DNA of 64,000 nucleotides. Origin: an uncultured Chloroflexia bacterium (lineage in GTDB: Bacteria; Chloroflexota; Dehalococcoidia; DSTF01; JALHUB01). The translations under genes and the position numbers were made by a program. Numbering within the stretch: the stretch's first letter is position 1; each line of letters opens with the position of its first letter. Shown in pieces: positions 10,759 through 19,206 of the stretch. The notes under the pieces are model-generated. The model searched no databases. It saw only the letters and a list, made by a program, of their open reading frames with translations, and was not told where the DNA came from. Location of the stretch: positions 1,600,001-1,664,000 of the forward strand of contig OY969814.1 of the NCBI GenBank assembly GCA_963703345.1. Direction: 5' to 3'.

Positions 10759-10871
10759 TCCTTGCGCTCCTTCGCACTGAAATCGACAGCCGGGGTCAAC
10801 CCAAATATATGGGGATTCCGCAGAATAGTCCACCGGGGAAGGTCGAAGTGGCTAGGAGGAGGTTGCGACGA

Positions 10872-11537
10872 CTACCTCTTGCGCCGGACGGTCCGCCTGA
10901 CAGTGGGCGGGACGACAGGTTGCGTCGCTGGCTGCGGCGACGAGACAAGGGCGGAGACGAGGGCGCTCAACACCTGCGACGACTCCGTCTGACCCGGCAC
11001 GACATTGGAACGAAGCGCCAGGCCGTCGTGAGCGGCTAGCACGAGACTCGCCGCGACGGCCGGTCGCGCCGCCAGCATGACGAGTCCCTCGCGTTCCATT
11101 CTTTCGAAAGCCTTCTCCAGTAGCCGGGTCCAGCTCACGTAGGCGTCCTGCAGCGAATTCCGCACCTTCTCGTTTCGATGCGACTGCGCCCAGATCTCCG
11201 GCAGAAGCAGCCGCCATTGGGCGTCGGTATCGTCACGATACACCAGCGACTCCACGGCCTTCACCAGAGACAGCGCTGTGTCGTCGCCGAGGTCCTCGAA
11301 CTGGCGTAGCCGGCGCGTATGCTCCTCTATCCAGAGAGACAGGAGCTCCAGGAGCACCTCTTCTTTAGAGTCGAAGTGGAAGTAGTACGCCCCCTTCGAG
11401 TAGCCAGCGGCAAGGGAGATCTCTTCGACCGTCGCGTGGTCGTAGCCTTGCTCAGCAAAGACGCGAAGCGCCGCCTCGACGAGTTTTGTCCTCGTCTGTT
11501 GGCGTTGCTGCTGTCTGGCGGCTCTCGCTTCGTTCAA
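10872..11537 (-). CDS. TetR/AcrR family transcriptional regulator
   Basis: HTH ATVEEISLAAGYSKGAYYFHFDSKEE. Confidence 0.9.
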   Translation of the reverse strand: MNEARAARQQQRQQTRTKLVEAALRVFAEQGYDHATVEEISLAAGYSKGAYYFHFDSKEEVLLELLSLWIEEHTRRLRQFEDLGDDTALSLVKAVESLVYRDDTDAQWRLLLPEIWAQSHRNEKVRNSLQDAYVSWTRLLEKAFERMEREGLVMLAARPAVAASLVLAAHDGLALRSNVVPGQTESSQVLSALVSALVSSPQPATQPVVPPTVRRTVRRKR

Positions 11538-11970
11538 GCCACGATACCTCTGTTTGATTCTCGACCGGTCAGCGCCTCACTGACAGCCCACCCCGACGCG
11601 CCCATCAATCTCCATATGAAGGGCCGAGAAGTGAGTGAGGCTACGCTTTGAACCGGGCCAGCGGAACGGATGCGAATGCAGCGAAAGCGTTGCGAGCCGG
11701 CCTGGAGGACGTGAAACCGAAGAGATCCTGCCTCGGCTAGGCTGCTTGACCACCGCTCATCGCATGCGACGCAGCCAATGGCGTCTGAATCCCACCCCTC
11801 GGTCCCACGATAGCAGGTCGCCGCCAATTCTTCCAAGACGGCGACATCGTCCGTTTGGTAGATTTTTCGGCTCCTCAGGATATGTTTCAGGAAGTGTCCC
11901 GTTATTGCTTTGGTGGTTTGTATAGGCCACCGTCCCGCCACCGCGGGTCAGCAGCTTAACCAGAGAAAAA

Positions 11971-12069
11971 GGCACCGACAAAGGCAAACTCCTCGAAAGA
12001 GGGGGACGCAAAGCCGCAGACCTAAAGCTTGCTGTCGCAGAAGCTATGGCCGCTGGGCTTCCGAAAGCC
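11971..12069 (+). promoter_or_regulatory. c-di-GMP-I (GEMM) riboswitch aptamer
   Basis: GGCAAA-CTCCTC-GAAA-GAGGGG-GACGCAAAGCC...CCTAA...TATGG...GGGCTTCCGAA: GNRA tetraloop, its receptor and the conserved junctions. Confidence 0.92.
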
Positions 12070-12132
12070 TTGCCGAAACGGCGTCGGAGAGGACGCCTTC
12101 GGCGCGCATCAATTCCCCCTTCCCAGGTCCTT

Positions 12133-12170
12133 GCCGTCGTCGGTGACGCTGCCGACGACGGCGCTTTTTG
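12133..12170 (+). terminator. intrinsic terminator, likely the riboswitch expression platform
   Basis: GCCGTCGTCGG/CCGACGACGGC stem followed by GCTTTTTG, between the aptamer and the sigma ATG. Confidence 0.8.
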
Positions 12171-12207
12171 TGCCTCCGGCAGCCTCGATTGAGAAACGGA
12201 GCGCGAG

Positions 12208-12933
12208 ATGAGAGAAGACCGGAATCAGATGATCGTCAACCACCTGCCCTTGGTGGCTTTCGTGGTGAACCGCATGCCCAGCGAGGGTACGGGCGCTGTC
12301 GGCATCGACCGCGAAGACGCCATGAGCTACGGCGTCGAGGGGCTCATCCACGCCGTCGACGCCTATGACCCCGAGCGCGGGACCACCTTCGCCAGCTTTG
12401 CCATCCAGCGGATCCGCGGCTCGGTGCTGGACGCTGTTCGCAAGCAGGATCCGCTGCCGCGCTCACTGCGCAGGAACGCCAAGGAGATCGAGCATGCGTC
12501 GCAGGAGTTGGCGGTACAGTTGGGCCGCTGGCCGACCCGGAAGGAGATCGCATTCAAGCTGGGAATCCCCCTATCGCGGCTCCAGTACCTTCTCAGCCGA
12601 GCAAGCTCGCGGCTTGTCTCTCTCGAGTACTCGCTGGAAGACCGTCCGAACTACGGTGCCGGCCATGCGCTGGACCCGGTGGATGAGGACATCCTATCCG
12701 ACCCGGCGCGCGCGGCTGAGCAAAAAGCGGCGCTCTCGCAGCTTTCGCAGGCCGTGAACTCTCTTTGTCGAAGGGACAGGGACATCCTTCGCCTGCGTTA
12801 CGAGGAGTGCCGGCCATTCCACGAGATCGGCGAGATGCTGGAGCTGTCGGAATCGAGGGTCTGTCAGCTTCACAAGCGGATCATCACCCTTCTGCGTCGG
12901 GAGATGCGTCCCCAACTGGAAGAGGCGGCTTGA
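12208..12933 (+). CDS. FliA/WhiG (sigma-28) family RNA polymerase sigma factor
   Basis: GLIHAVDAYDPERGTTFASFAIQRIRGSVLDAVRKQDPLPRS; region 4 EIGEMLELSESRVCQLH. Confidence 0.9.
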   Translation: MREDRNQMIVNHLPLVAFVVNRMPSEGTGAVGIDREDAMSYGVEGLIHAVDAYDPERGTTFASFAIQRIRGSVLDAVRKQDPLPRSLRRNAKEIEHASQELAVQLGRWPTRKEIAFKLGIPLSRLQYLLSRASSRLVSLEYSLEDRPNYGAGHALDPVDEDILSDPARAAEQKAALSQLSQAVNSLCRRDRDILRLRYEECRPFHEIGEMLELSESRVCQLHKRIITLLRREMRPQLEEAA

Positions 12934-12983
12934 CCTTGAGACGCGCAAGGCTTTGGTCTAGACATTTCGCTCTCGATGCAGAC

Positions 12984-13011
12984 TCATCACTGCGGTCTAA
13001 ACTGCCGATAA
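12984..13011 (+). promoter_or_regulatory. putative sigma-28 promoter for the HD-GYP gene
   Basis: Perfect -10 GCCGATAA at 13004-13011; weak -35 (TCAT, 16 nt upstream). Confidence 0.55.
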
Positions 13012-13174
13012 TACTGCGAAGAAGGATGCTCAACCTCCATCCTGCCTTCGAATCGCTTTCTTCCGGACGGTTGTGTCCTGAGGGGAACGAATGTCCGGTT
13101 ACGGGAATCTGTCTGTTCTGCACGAGATGTAGTGCGCGGGCTGCCCCAAGCGCCCGCGAAGTGAGTCTTATGTC

Positions 13175-14659
13175 ATGCAGAATGGTGTAGAGCCAGAAGA
13201 CGAATCGAACGGCAGCAAGACGGAACGCCCGCCGCTAGTGTTGGTCCATTCCACGGCCGGTCCCGCCGCGCATGCTGACGCTGATCGCCCCCATGTTCCG
13301 GCGCCCACTTCCCTGCCGGTACAGGCGCGCATCTTCTCAATCGTCGTCTTCCTCTCGGGCCTGGCGCTCATAGGCTACTACGCGCCGCAAGTGTCTCATT
13401 CCGGCCTCGTAGGGCTCATCCTACTGGGGCTTATGGCCGCCGCTTCGGAACGGTTGAGCATCATCGTTTACGGCGAGAGCTGGGTCTCAATAAGCTTCGT
13501 CTGTCTCTTCGCCATTGCAGCACTTTACGGCCCCCCAGGCATCGTCGTGGCGACACCCCTCGCGATTCTGAGCCTGCACTTTCCGCGGCGGATGCTTCCA
13601 GATCGGCTGATGTTCAACTCGGGCAACTCGCTCCTCGCCGATGTTGCATCAGCACTGATCCTCACGTCTTTCCTGGCGGGCGGCTCGCAAATCACGCTGT
13701 CCGCAAGAGTGTTTGGCGTTGCCGTAGCTGCCGCGGCCGCGAACTATGGCGTGAGGTCTGTCCTGATATCGACTGTGGGCGGCTTGGCGTCGGGTCAACG
13801 CCCGTGGACGTTCTGGCGGCAGAACTTCCAGTGGCTGCTCCCCCACTACATCCTCTTCGGTTTCCTTGGTTTGGCGCTGGCGGTAGCTTATCAGCAGATC
13901 GGCGTCACCGGCCTGCTCGCCTTTGCCGCTCCGCCGCTGATGATGCGTCTTGCCATGAAGCAATACGTCGACAAGACTACTCGCAGCGTCGCGATGCTGA
14001 GGCGCAAGAACGACCAGCTCTTGAAGGCAAATCGCGAAATCCTGGCGATGAGCGCGCGCCTCAAAGAGACATATGACGCCACCCTGGAGGCGCTAGCGGC
14101 GGCGCTGGACGCCAGGGACAGCGAGACCGGCGGGCACTCCAGCCGCGTCACGGTCTACACAATGGATATGGCGCGGGAACTGGGAATAGAAGAACGGAGC
14201 GACGTGTGGCTGGATATCGAGCGCGCCTCGCTGCTTCACGACGTAGGCAAGATCGGCGTTTCCGACGCTATCCTGAACAAGCCTGGCCCGTTGACCTCTG
14301 AGGAGTGGCAACAGATGAGAAAGCATCCGGCCATAGGCTACGATATGCTGAAGGACGTAAAGTTCCTTTCAACTGCGGCGGAGATCGTCTACGCGCACCA
14401 CGAAAGATTCGACGGCAAAGGCTATCCGGTCGGCCTCCAGGGCGAAGACGTACCCCTAGGCGCGCGCATATTCGCCGTCGCTGACGCTTTCGACGCGATG
14501 ACCTCGAACAGGCCCTATCGCCGCGCCCTTTCGGTGGACAAGGCGCGGGAGGAGATCCTGGGCAATTCGGGCAGTCAGTTTGATCCCAGAGTGGTTCAGG
14601 CTTTCCTGCAGTGCCTTCAGGGCTGGGCGGATGACTTGAGGGAAAGGCAGGCCGCCTAG
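13175..14659 (+). CDS. membrane-anchored HD-GYP c-di-GMP phosphodiesterase
   Basis: Multi-TM N-terminus; GHSSRV, LLHDVGK, HHERFDGKGYP, DAMTSNRPYR all intact; start codon uncertain. Confidence 0.9.
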   Translation: MQNGVEPEDESNGSKTERPPLVLVHSTAGPAAHADADRPHVPAPTSLPVQARIFSIVVFLSGLALIGYYAPQVSHSGLVGLILLGLMAAASERLSIIVYGESWVSISFVCLFAIAALYGPPGIVVATPLAILSLHFPRRMLPDRLMFNSGNSLLADVASALILTSFLAGGSQITLSARVFGVAVAAAAANYGVRSVLISTVGGLASGQRPWTFWRQNFQWLLPHYILFGFLGLALAVAYQQIGVTGLLAFAAPPLMMRLAMKQYVDKTTRSVAMLRRKNDQLLKANREILAMSARLKETYDATLEALAAALDARDSETGGHSSRVTVYTMDMARELGIEERSDVWLDIERASLLHDVGKIGVSDAILNKPGPLTSEEWQQMRKHPAIGYDMLKDVKFLSTAAEIVYAHHERFDGKGYPVGLQGEDVPLGARIFAVADAFDAMTSNRPYRRALSVDKAREEILGNSGSQFDPRVVQAFLQCLQGWADDLRERQAA

Positions 14660-14886
14660 CAGGCAACGAATTGCCTGCGCTCCGATGCGATGACCGTTGA
14701 GGCGAGGAAGAGAGGAGTGTCGTAGGCCCCTGGACGATGACGAGTCTGGCTGGACCTATGCGAATCGTCCGAAGGCCAAGACGGTCGGTGCTATCGAGTC
14801 AATGCCCTGGGTTTGTTGAGCCGGCCCGCTTTTCAGGAGGGCGCGGGCGCCATCTGTAGCTCAAAGAGTCTTCTGAGGCGTCCCTC

Positions 14887-14910
14887 CTAGAACCAGTGCA
14901 TCTTCTTCAT
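14887..14910 (-). CDS. 7-aa micro-ORF MKKMHWF
   Basis: CCAGGAGG-ccacc-ATG AAG AAG ATG CAC TGG TTC TAG, downstream of a strong promoter. Confidence 0.45.
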   Translation of the reverse strand: MKKMHWF

Positions 14911-14985
14911 GGTGGCCTCCTGGCAGTGCGCGGCACACGTGGGTGCCGTCCGGATGTGGTTCCTTCCTCTCCACTCGCCTCAACA

Positions 14986-15007
14986 ACATACCGACCCGTC
15001 GGTATGT
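14986..15007. promoter_or_regulatory. perfect 22-bp operator-like palindrome ACATACCGAC-CC-GTCGGTATGT
   Basis: 10-bp arms directly abutting the -10 box of the minus-strand promoter. Confidence 0.75.
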
Positions 15008-15035
15008 ATTATGACACCCGCTTGTAACTTGTCAA
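15008..15035 (-). promoter_or_regulatory. sigma70 promoter
   Basis: TTGACA-16-CATAAT with extended -10 TG. Confidence 0.75.
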
Positions 15036-15208
15036 GGTTCAAATAGGGCCAACCTGAAGCTCAAAGGGAAACGCAGACCCCAGGATACCCGCGAGGAACC
15101 CGACGGTGCAGGAGACACGCCCTAGTCTAAGGGCACAAGGGCTGGCAGGATCAGCGTTCTTGAGCGACTGGTGGGGGGCGAGTTGCTGTCAGGGATGCGA
15201 GGGAAAGC

Positions 15209-16093
15209 TTATCCAGAGGCGCTCGTCCAGCGTTCGCGGCGGCGGTCTCGGTCTTGCTTCGCGGTCTCCAGATTGTGACGCGCTTGCACGAGCAGGTCGA
15301 GAGGGTTGTTGTCGGCGTCTTGAGCTGAGGCGATTCCGGAGCAGACGCCCACCCATAGCGTTATCGTCTGGCCTTCCACGTTCACGGCAACCGGCTTTCG
15401 CGTCACATAACGCTCCAGGCGGCGCAGGAACTTCGAGGCGTCCTCCTGGCTGCATTCGAGCAGGATCAGAGCGAACTCGTCGTCGCCGAGGCGGGCAGCG
15501 ATGTCGGATGACCGCTTTGTTAGCTCCAGCAGGTCCGCTATGTGTTTGAGTACGGCATCTCCCGCCGCCTCGCCATACGCCTCGTTGACCGAAGACAGGT
15601 TGTTCACGTCGAAAACGGCGAGAGAGAGCGTGGAGGCAGTGCGCTGCATGCGCTTGAACTCGTCGCGAAGGCGCAGCCGGAAGTACTCCTCGCCCGGCAG
15701 ACCGGTCACGTCGTCGCGCATCGACGGCGAGAGCGTCCTTTCCAAGCCTTCCGCCGTCTTCTTCGCCCGGTAGATGGCGAAGAGACTGGTGATTACGACC
15801 GCAACCATCAGAAGCTCGACGGCCGCTGCCAAATGCGGAGCCTGCCTTCTCTCATCGAGGAACGAAAGCGAGGCGCCGGCGAGCACAGATATGAGCGCAG
15901 CGATGAGATATCGCCGCAGATCCTGCCATACCTGCGCCCTGCCCGCCGGTGGGCCTTTGGAAGAGAGCTTCTGCAACGTGAGCGCGCGCGTATCGCGCCA
16001 GTCTTCGCTGGCGTCAGCGCGAAGCTCATCTTGAAGCGGCCTCGGCAGGGAATGAGTATCCTCTGGTTCGGAGATGTGTCTGTCTTCGAGCAA
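15209..16093 (-). CDS. 2-TM protein with degenerate GGDEF domain (GDDEF) and intact RxxD I-site
   Basis: DDVTGLP, DVNNLSSVNEAYG, KRSSDIAARLGDDEF; TTG start with GGAGG. Confidence 0.85.
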   Translation of the reverse strand: MLEDRHISEPEDTHSLPRPLQDELRADASEDWRDTRALTLQKLSSKGPPAGRAQVWQDLRRYLIAALISVLAGASLSFLDERRQAPHLAAAVELLMVAVVITSLFAIYRAKKTAEGLERTLSPSMRDDVTGLPGEEYFRLRLRDEFKRMQRTASTLSLAVFDVNNLSSVNEAYGEAAGDAVLKHIADLLELTKRSSDIAARLGDDEFALILLECSQEDASKFLRRLERYVTRKPVAVNVEGQTITLWVGVCSGIASAQDADNNPLDLLVQARHNLETAKQDRDRRRERWTSASG

Positions 16094-16120
16094 GCCGATC
16101 CTCCAACACCGTCAGTTAGA

Positions 16121-16147
16121 TTATCGACCGGCCGGACGACAGGTTTA
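16121..16147 (-). promoter_or_regulatory. sigma-28 promoter for the GGDEF gene
   Basis: TAAA-N15-GTCGATAA, one mismatch to the TAAA-N15-GCCGATAA consensus. Confidence 0.8.
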
Positions 16148-16195
16148 GCTTAGATTCATGGACGCGGCCCGCCTTTCTCAGCGAAGGAGGCGGCG

Positions 16196-16223
16196 TTGAC
16201 ACCGGCAGGGACGGTAGTATTAT
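16196..16223 (+). promoter_or_regulatory. sigma70-like promoter
   Basis: TTGACA-16-TATTAT upstream of the ORF at 16250. Confidence 0.6.
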
Positions 16224-16249
16224 GGATTGGAGAGAACACGAGGCGATAA

Positions 16250-16795
16250 ATGCAAATCGACTGGAGCAAGACGATAGACGATATCCTGTCGCACAAGATA
16301 TCGTGCCTTCGCTGCGGCCGCTTGGAGACGTCCGTTTGTGTTGGCTATTCGCGATCGCCGGCGGTGTCTGACTACGCGCCGCGCTGCCTCGATTGCAGTC
16401 GACGAGAAGGATGCGACGCGCGGAAGCTAGTCGTTCTCTGCCAATCCTGCGCGGAGGAGTTGCATGTCCGGGCGAAGCAGGCGGACGAAGAAGCCATGAT
16501 GGCCCTGCTTATCGACGACTGCCGCAAGGACCTCGAGGACTGCCTCGACTACCTCACCGACTACTGGCAAGAAGAGCTGAACGTCGACCCGGACGATGAG
16601 GAGCACCGGCTGGAAGGGGTTGCGCCAGACGTGTTTGCCGAGGAGAGCGCCTGGCGGGCCCGCCTTGAAGAAGAGTACTTGTCGTATCACCGCTGGTTCC
16701 GGGAGCGCGGCCTTCGCCTGCCTGAGCCGGGTTGGCGCTCCGACTACGTCGAAGAGATCGTCGATCTCGGTTACACCACGCTACTGGGAGACTAA
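16250..16795 (+). CDS. hypothetical protein with Cys-rich (Zn-binding) N-terminus and acidic helical C-terminus
   Basis: CLRC, CLDC, CQSC; GAGG RBS and its own promoter. Confidence 0.7.
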   Translation: MQIDWSKTIDDILSHKISCLRCGRLETSVCVGYSRSPAVSDYAPRCLDCSRREGCDARKLVVLCQSCAEELHVRAKQADEEAMMALLIDDCRKDLEDCLDYLTDYWQEELNVDPDDEEHRLEGVAPDVFAEESAWRARLEEEYLSYHRWFRERGLRLPEPGWRSDYVEEIVDLGYTTLLGD

Positions 16796-16801
16796 GGAGC
16801 C

Positions 16802-18013
16802 TCAGGCCCGCTCCGTGCGCTCGTCGGGCGTCGAGGAGCCTGAGGCCGCCTTCACGGGAAGAGCGCTTCTCCCCTCCAACACCAGCTCTATCCGCTGCCG
16901 CAGCTCGTCGAGTCCCCAGCCGTTCTGCGCCGAGATGAGGAGCGCGTCCGGCCGCTCGTAGCTGAGGCTAGCGCGCTGCTCTCGCAACTCCACGAGGCCG
17001 CGAATCGGGTCGCCGTTGCGACGGGTGAGCAGGTCCACCTTATTTAGAGCCGTCACCACGGGCTTTCCGGCCAGCTCGAGCTCGCGCAGAGTCTCCAGCA
17101 CGGTCTCGCCCTGTTGCGCCGCGTCGGGGTGAGTGATATCGACGACATGGGCGAGGACGTCAGCGGCGGACAGCTCTTCCAGCGTGGCGCGGAAGGCGGC
17201 GACGAGCTGCGCCGGCAGCTTCTGAATGAACCCCACAGTGTCGGAGAGGAGGACGCTGCGGCGTTCGGACAGCTTGACGCGGCGGGTGAGCGGGTCGAGC
17301 GTGGCGAAGAGCTTGTCCTCGGTGAAGACGTCGGCGCCGGAGAGGGCGCGCATGAGGGTGCTCTTGCCGGCGTTGGTATAGCCGACGAGGGCGACGACGG
17401 GCACTCCGGCGCGCTCCCGGCGGCGTCGGTAGAGGGCGCGCTGGCGCCTGACGGCCTCGATCTCGCGCTTGAGGCGGGCGATGCGGTCGCGGACGAGGCG
17501 TCGGTCGGTCTCAAGCTGGGTCTCGCCGGGGCCACGGGTGCCGATGGCGCCTTCGAGTCGCTCCAGGTGACTCCACTGGCCGGCGAGTCGCGGCAGGAGG
17601 TACTGGTACTGCGCCAGCTCGACCTGGAGGCGGCCTTCACGGGTGCGGGCGCGTCGGGCGAAGATGTCGAGGATGAGGGCGGTGCGGTCGAGGACCTTGA
17701 CGCCGAGGGCGTCTTCGAGGTTGCGCTGCTGATTCGGGCTGAGCTCGTCGTCGAACACGACGAGGGAGTAGTCGAACTCGGAGCGCTGGGCCTTCAGCTC
17801 CGCCAGCTTGCCCTTGCCGACGTAGTGCCCGGGATGGATGCTTCCCAGCTTCTGGACGGCGCGGCCGACGACGCGGGCGCCGGCGGTATCGGCCAGGAGG
17901 GCGAGCTCATCGAGGGAGGACTGGCTGGAGAAGGGCGCAGGCTTGCCCTTGACCTCGACGGCGACGAGGTAGGCCCGCTCGATGGGCTCGGCTGTGGGGT
18001 AGGTCTTTGCCGT
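16802..18013 (-). CDS. hflX: GTPase HflX, with a probable non-canonical ACG start
   Basis: [25 protein letters not shown]; the frame extends 85 codons beyond the tracked start through [24 protein letters not shown]. Confidence 0.9.
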   Translation of the reverse strand, partial: TAKTYPTAEPIERAYLVAVEVKGKPAPFSSQSSLDELALLADTAGARVVGRAVQKLGSIHPGHYVGKGKLAELKAQRSEFDYSLVVFDDELSPNQQRNLEDALGVKVLDRTALILDIFARRARTREGRLQVELAQYQYLLPRLAGQWSHLERLEGAIGTRGPGETQLETDRRLVRDRIARLKREIEAVRRQRALYRRRRERAGVPVVALVGYTNAGKSTLMRALSGADVFTEDKLFATLDPLTRRVKLSERRSVLLSDTVGFIQKLPAQLVAAFRATLEELSAADVLAHVVDITHPDAAQQGETVLETLRELELAGKPVVTALNKVDLLTRRNGDPIRGLVELREQRASLSYERPDALLISAQNGWGLDELRQRIELVLEGRSALPVKAASGSSTPDERTERA

Positions 18014-18058
18014 CGGGGTGTGCCTCCTGTGCCTCCATTATAGGGGCAGCGGCTTCGA

Positions 18059-18241
18059 ATTGTATTTGTTTTGAAAAAGTTGTGATCTTGTGAAGCTGTA
18101 AGGGTGCGTTTTGGGTAATTGACCGTCGAAAAGGCGGTTTTGGCGGCGCGGCGCGCGGGCCGCGGAAGGTCGGGGATCGTCGAAGGGCGCATAGGGTCAT
18201 TAGAGCACGGCGCGTCGAGCTTCTCAAGGGAGAAGTGGCAC
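18059..18241 (-). repeat. ~180-bp dispersed element, copy B
   Basis: Matches copy A at both ends and copy C over the first 57 nt (55/57). Confidence 0.8.
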
Positions 18242-19105
18242 CTAGTGCGTCCAGGTCACGCCGCCGTCGGTCGTGGTCCAGTTCCCTTCCGGTGTGACGA
18301 CTGTCCCGTGCTGGGAGTCCGTGAATGTGATGGACGTCACCGGGACTGCGGGCGGCACCACGGTGACAGCAGTCCAGGTCACGCCGCCGTCCTGCGAGCG
18401 GAACAGGTTATTGCCGGGGCTGTTGAGCCCCATCCAGCCCTTGCTCGCATCGAGAAACAAGATCAGCACGACTCCGTTTCCGTTCGGCAGGTCGCCAACG
18501 CCCGGCTCGGGTGTCGGATTGCCAAGCGTCGTGCGGCTGATCAGCGTCCAGGCGGCGCCGCCGTTGGTGGTGCGGAAGAGGTATTTCTCCATACTGCCGG
18601 CCGCCCCACCGTCATTGCAGAGCTGCCACTTAATGGCCGCATTGAGGCTGAATGACGCGCCCGGTGTTAGCGTCTGGCCGAACAGCGACTTGAGGAGGGT
18701 GCAAGGCGGGGACGGCGTTCCGGACGGCGTGAGACCGAAGCCTTGGACCTCCCAAAAGCTAGAGAGATCGGCCAGGCTGGCGTTGGGGTTGTCGTTGTAC
18801 TGCACGAGTCTCGGCGCAGAGAGCGGATCATATCCGGGTGCGCTTACGTTGAAGGTGACCGGGCCGAGTGCCGGTGTTTGCCCTGCCGCTGAGTCGAACG
18901 AATACAAGCCCCAGCTGTTCGTCGTAGCCGCTCCCGTGTGCCCGTAGGAATCCACGTACGAGACGTTTGCTCCCACTAGCGGCGAATTCGTTTGGCTGTC
19001 CAGCACCGTTCCCCATAAGCAACCAGACGTCACAAGCGCTAAGGCGGCGGTGAGGAGGCTAACGAGGAAGAACAAGCAGCGCAGTCGGTTGGTTGCTGAC
19101 ATCAT
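18242..19105 (-). CDS. exported lipoprotein with carboxypeptidase-regulatory-like domain and BNR/Asp-box repeats
   Basis: Lipobox VTSGC; GTVLDSQTNSPLVGANV; RTTNGGAAW, RSQDGGVTW, TTDGGVTW. Confidence 0.75.
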   Translation of the reverse strand: MMSATNRLRCLFFLVSLLTAALALVTSGCLWGTVLDSQTNSPLVGANVSYVDSYGHTGAATTNSWGLYSFDSAAGQTPALGPVTFNVSAPGYDPLSAPRLVQYNDNPNASLADLSSFWEVQGFGLTPSGTPSPPCTLLKSLFGQTLTPGASFSLNAAIKWQLCNDGGAAGSMEKYLFRTTNGGAAWTLISRTTLGNPTPEPGVGDLPNGNGVVLILFLDASKGWMGLNSPGNNLFRSQDGGVTWTAVTVVPPAVPVTSITFTDSQHGTVVTPEGNWTTTDGGVTWTH

Positions 19106-19206
19106 GTCGCACCCCCTTCCTATGGCAGGCATTCTACCTCATCTCCGGCGGGGACAAAAGGTCTGCGAGCACCGGGCTGGTGCGCTGTCAGGGGCGCCGT
19201 CTGCAA

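Noticed and set aside
11534-11941. 135-aa ORF upstream of tetR
   Set aside because: No RBS, motif or codon-bias support; more likely divergent regulatory DNA
14833-14910. pyrrolysine read-through of the micro-ORF TAG
   Set aside because: Read-through gives only 25 aa with no recognisable features, and there are no pyl genes in the window
15061-15150. second c-di-GMP-I riboswitch
   Set aside because: Has GGGAAAC, GCGA and TCTAAGGG fragments but lacks a paired P2 and the GCAAAG junction
17794-18192. protein encoded by the dispersed element (MRPSTIPD...NFFKTNT)
   Set aside because: Differences between copies A and B are mostly non-synonymous, and the frame runs out of phase into hflX
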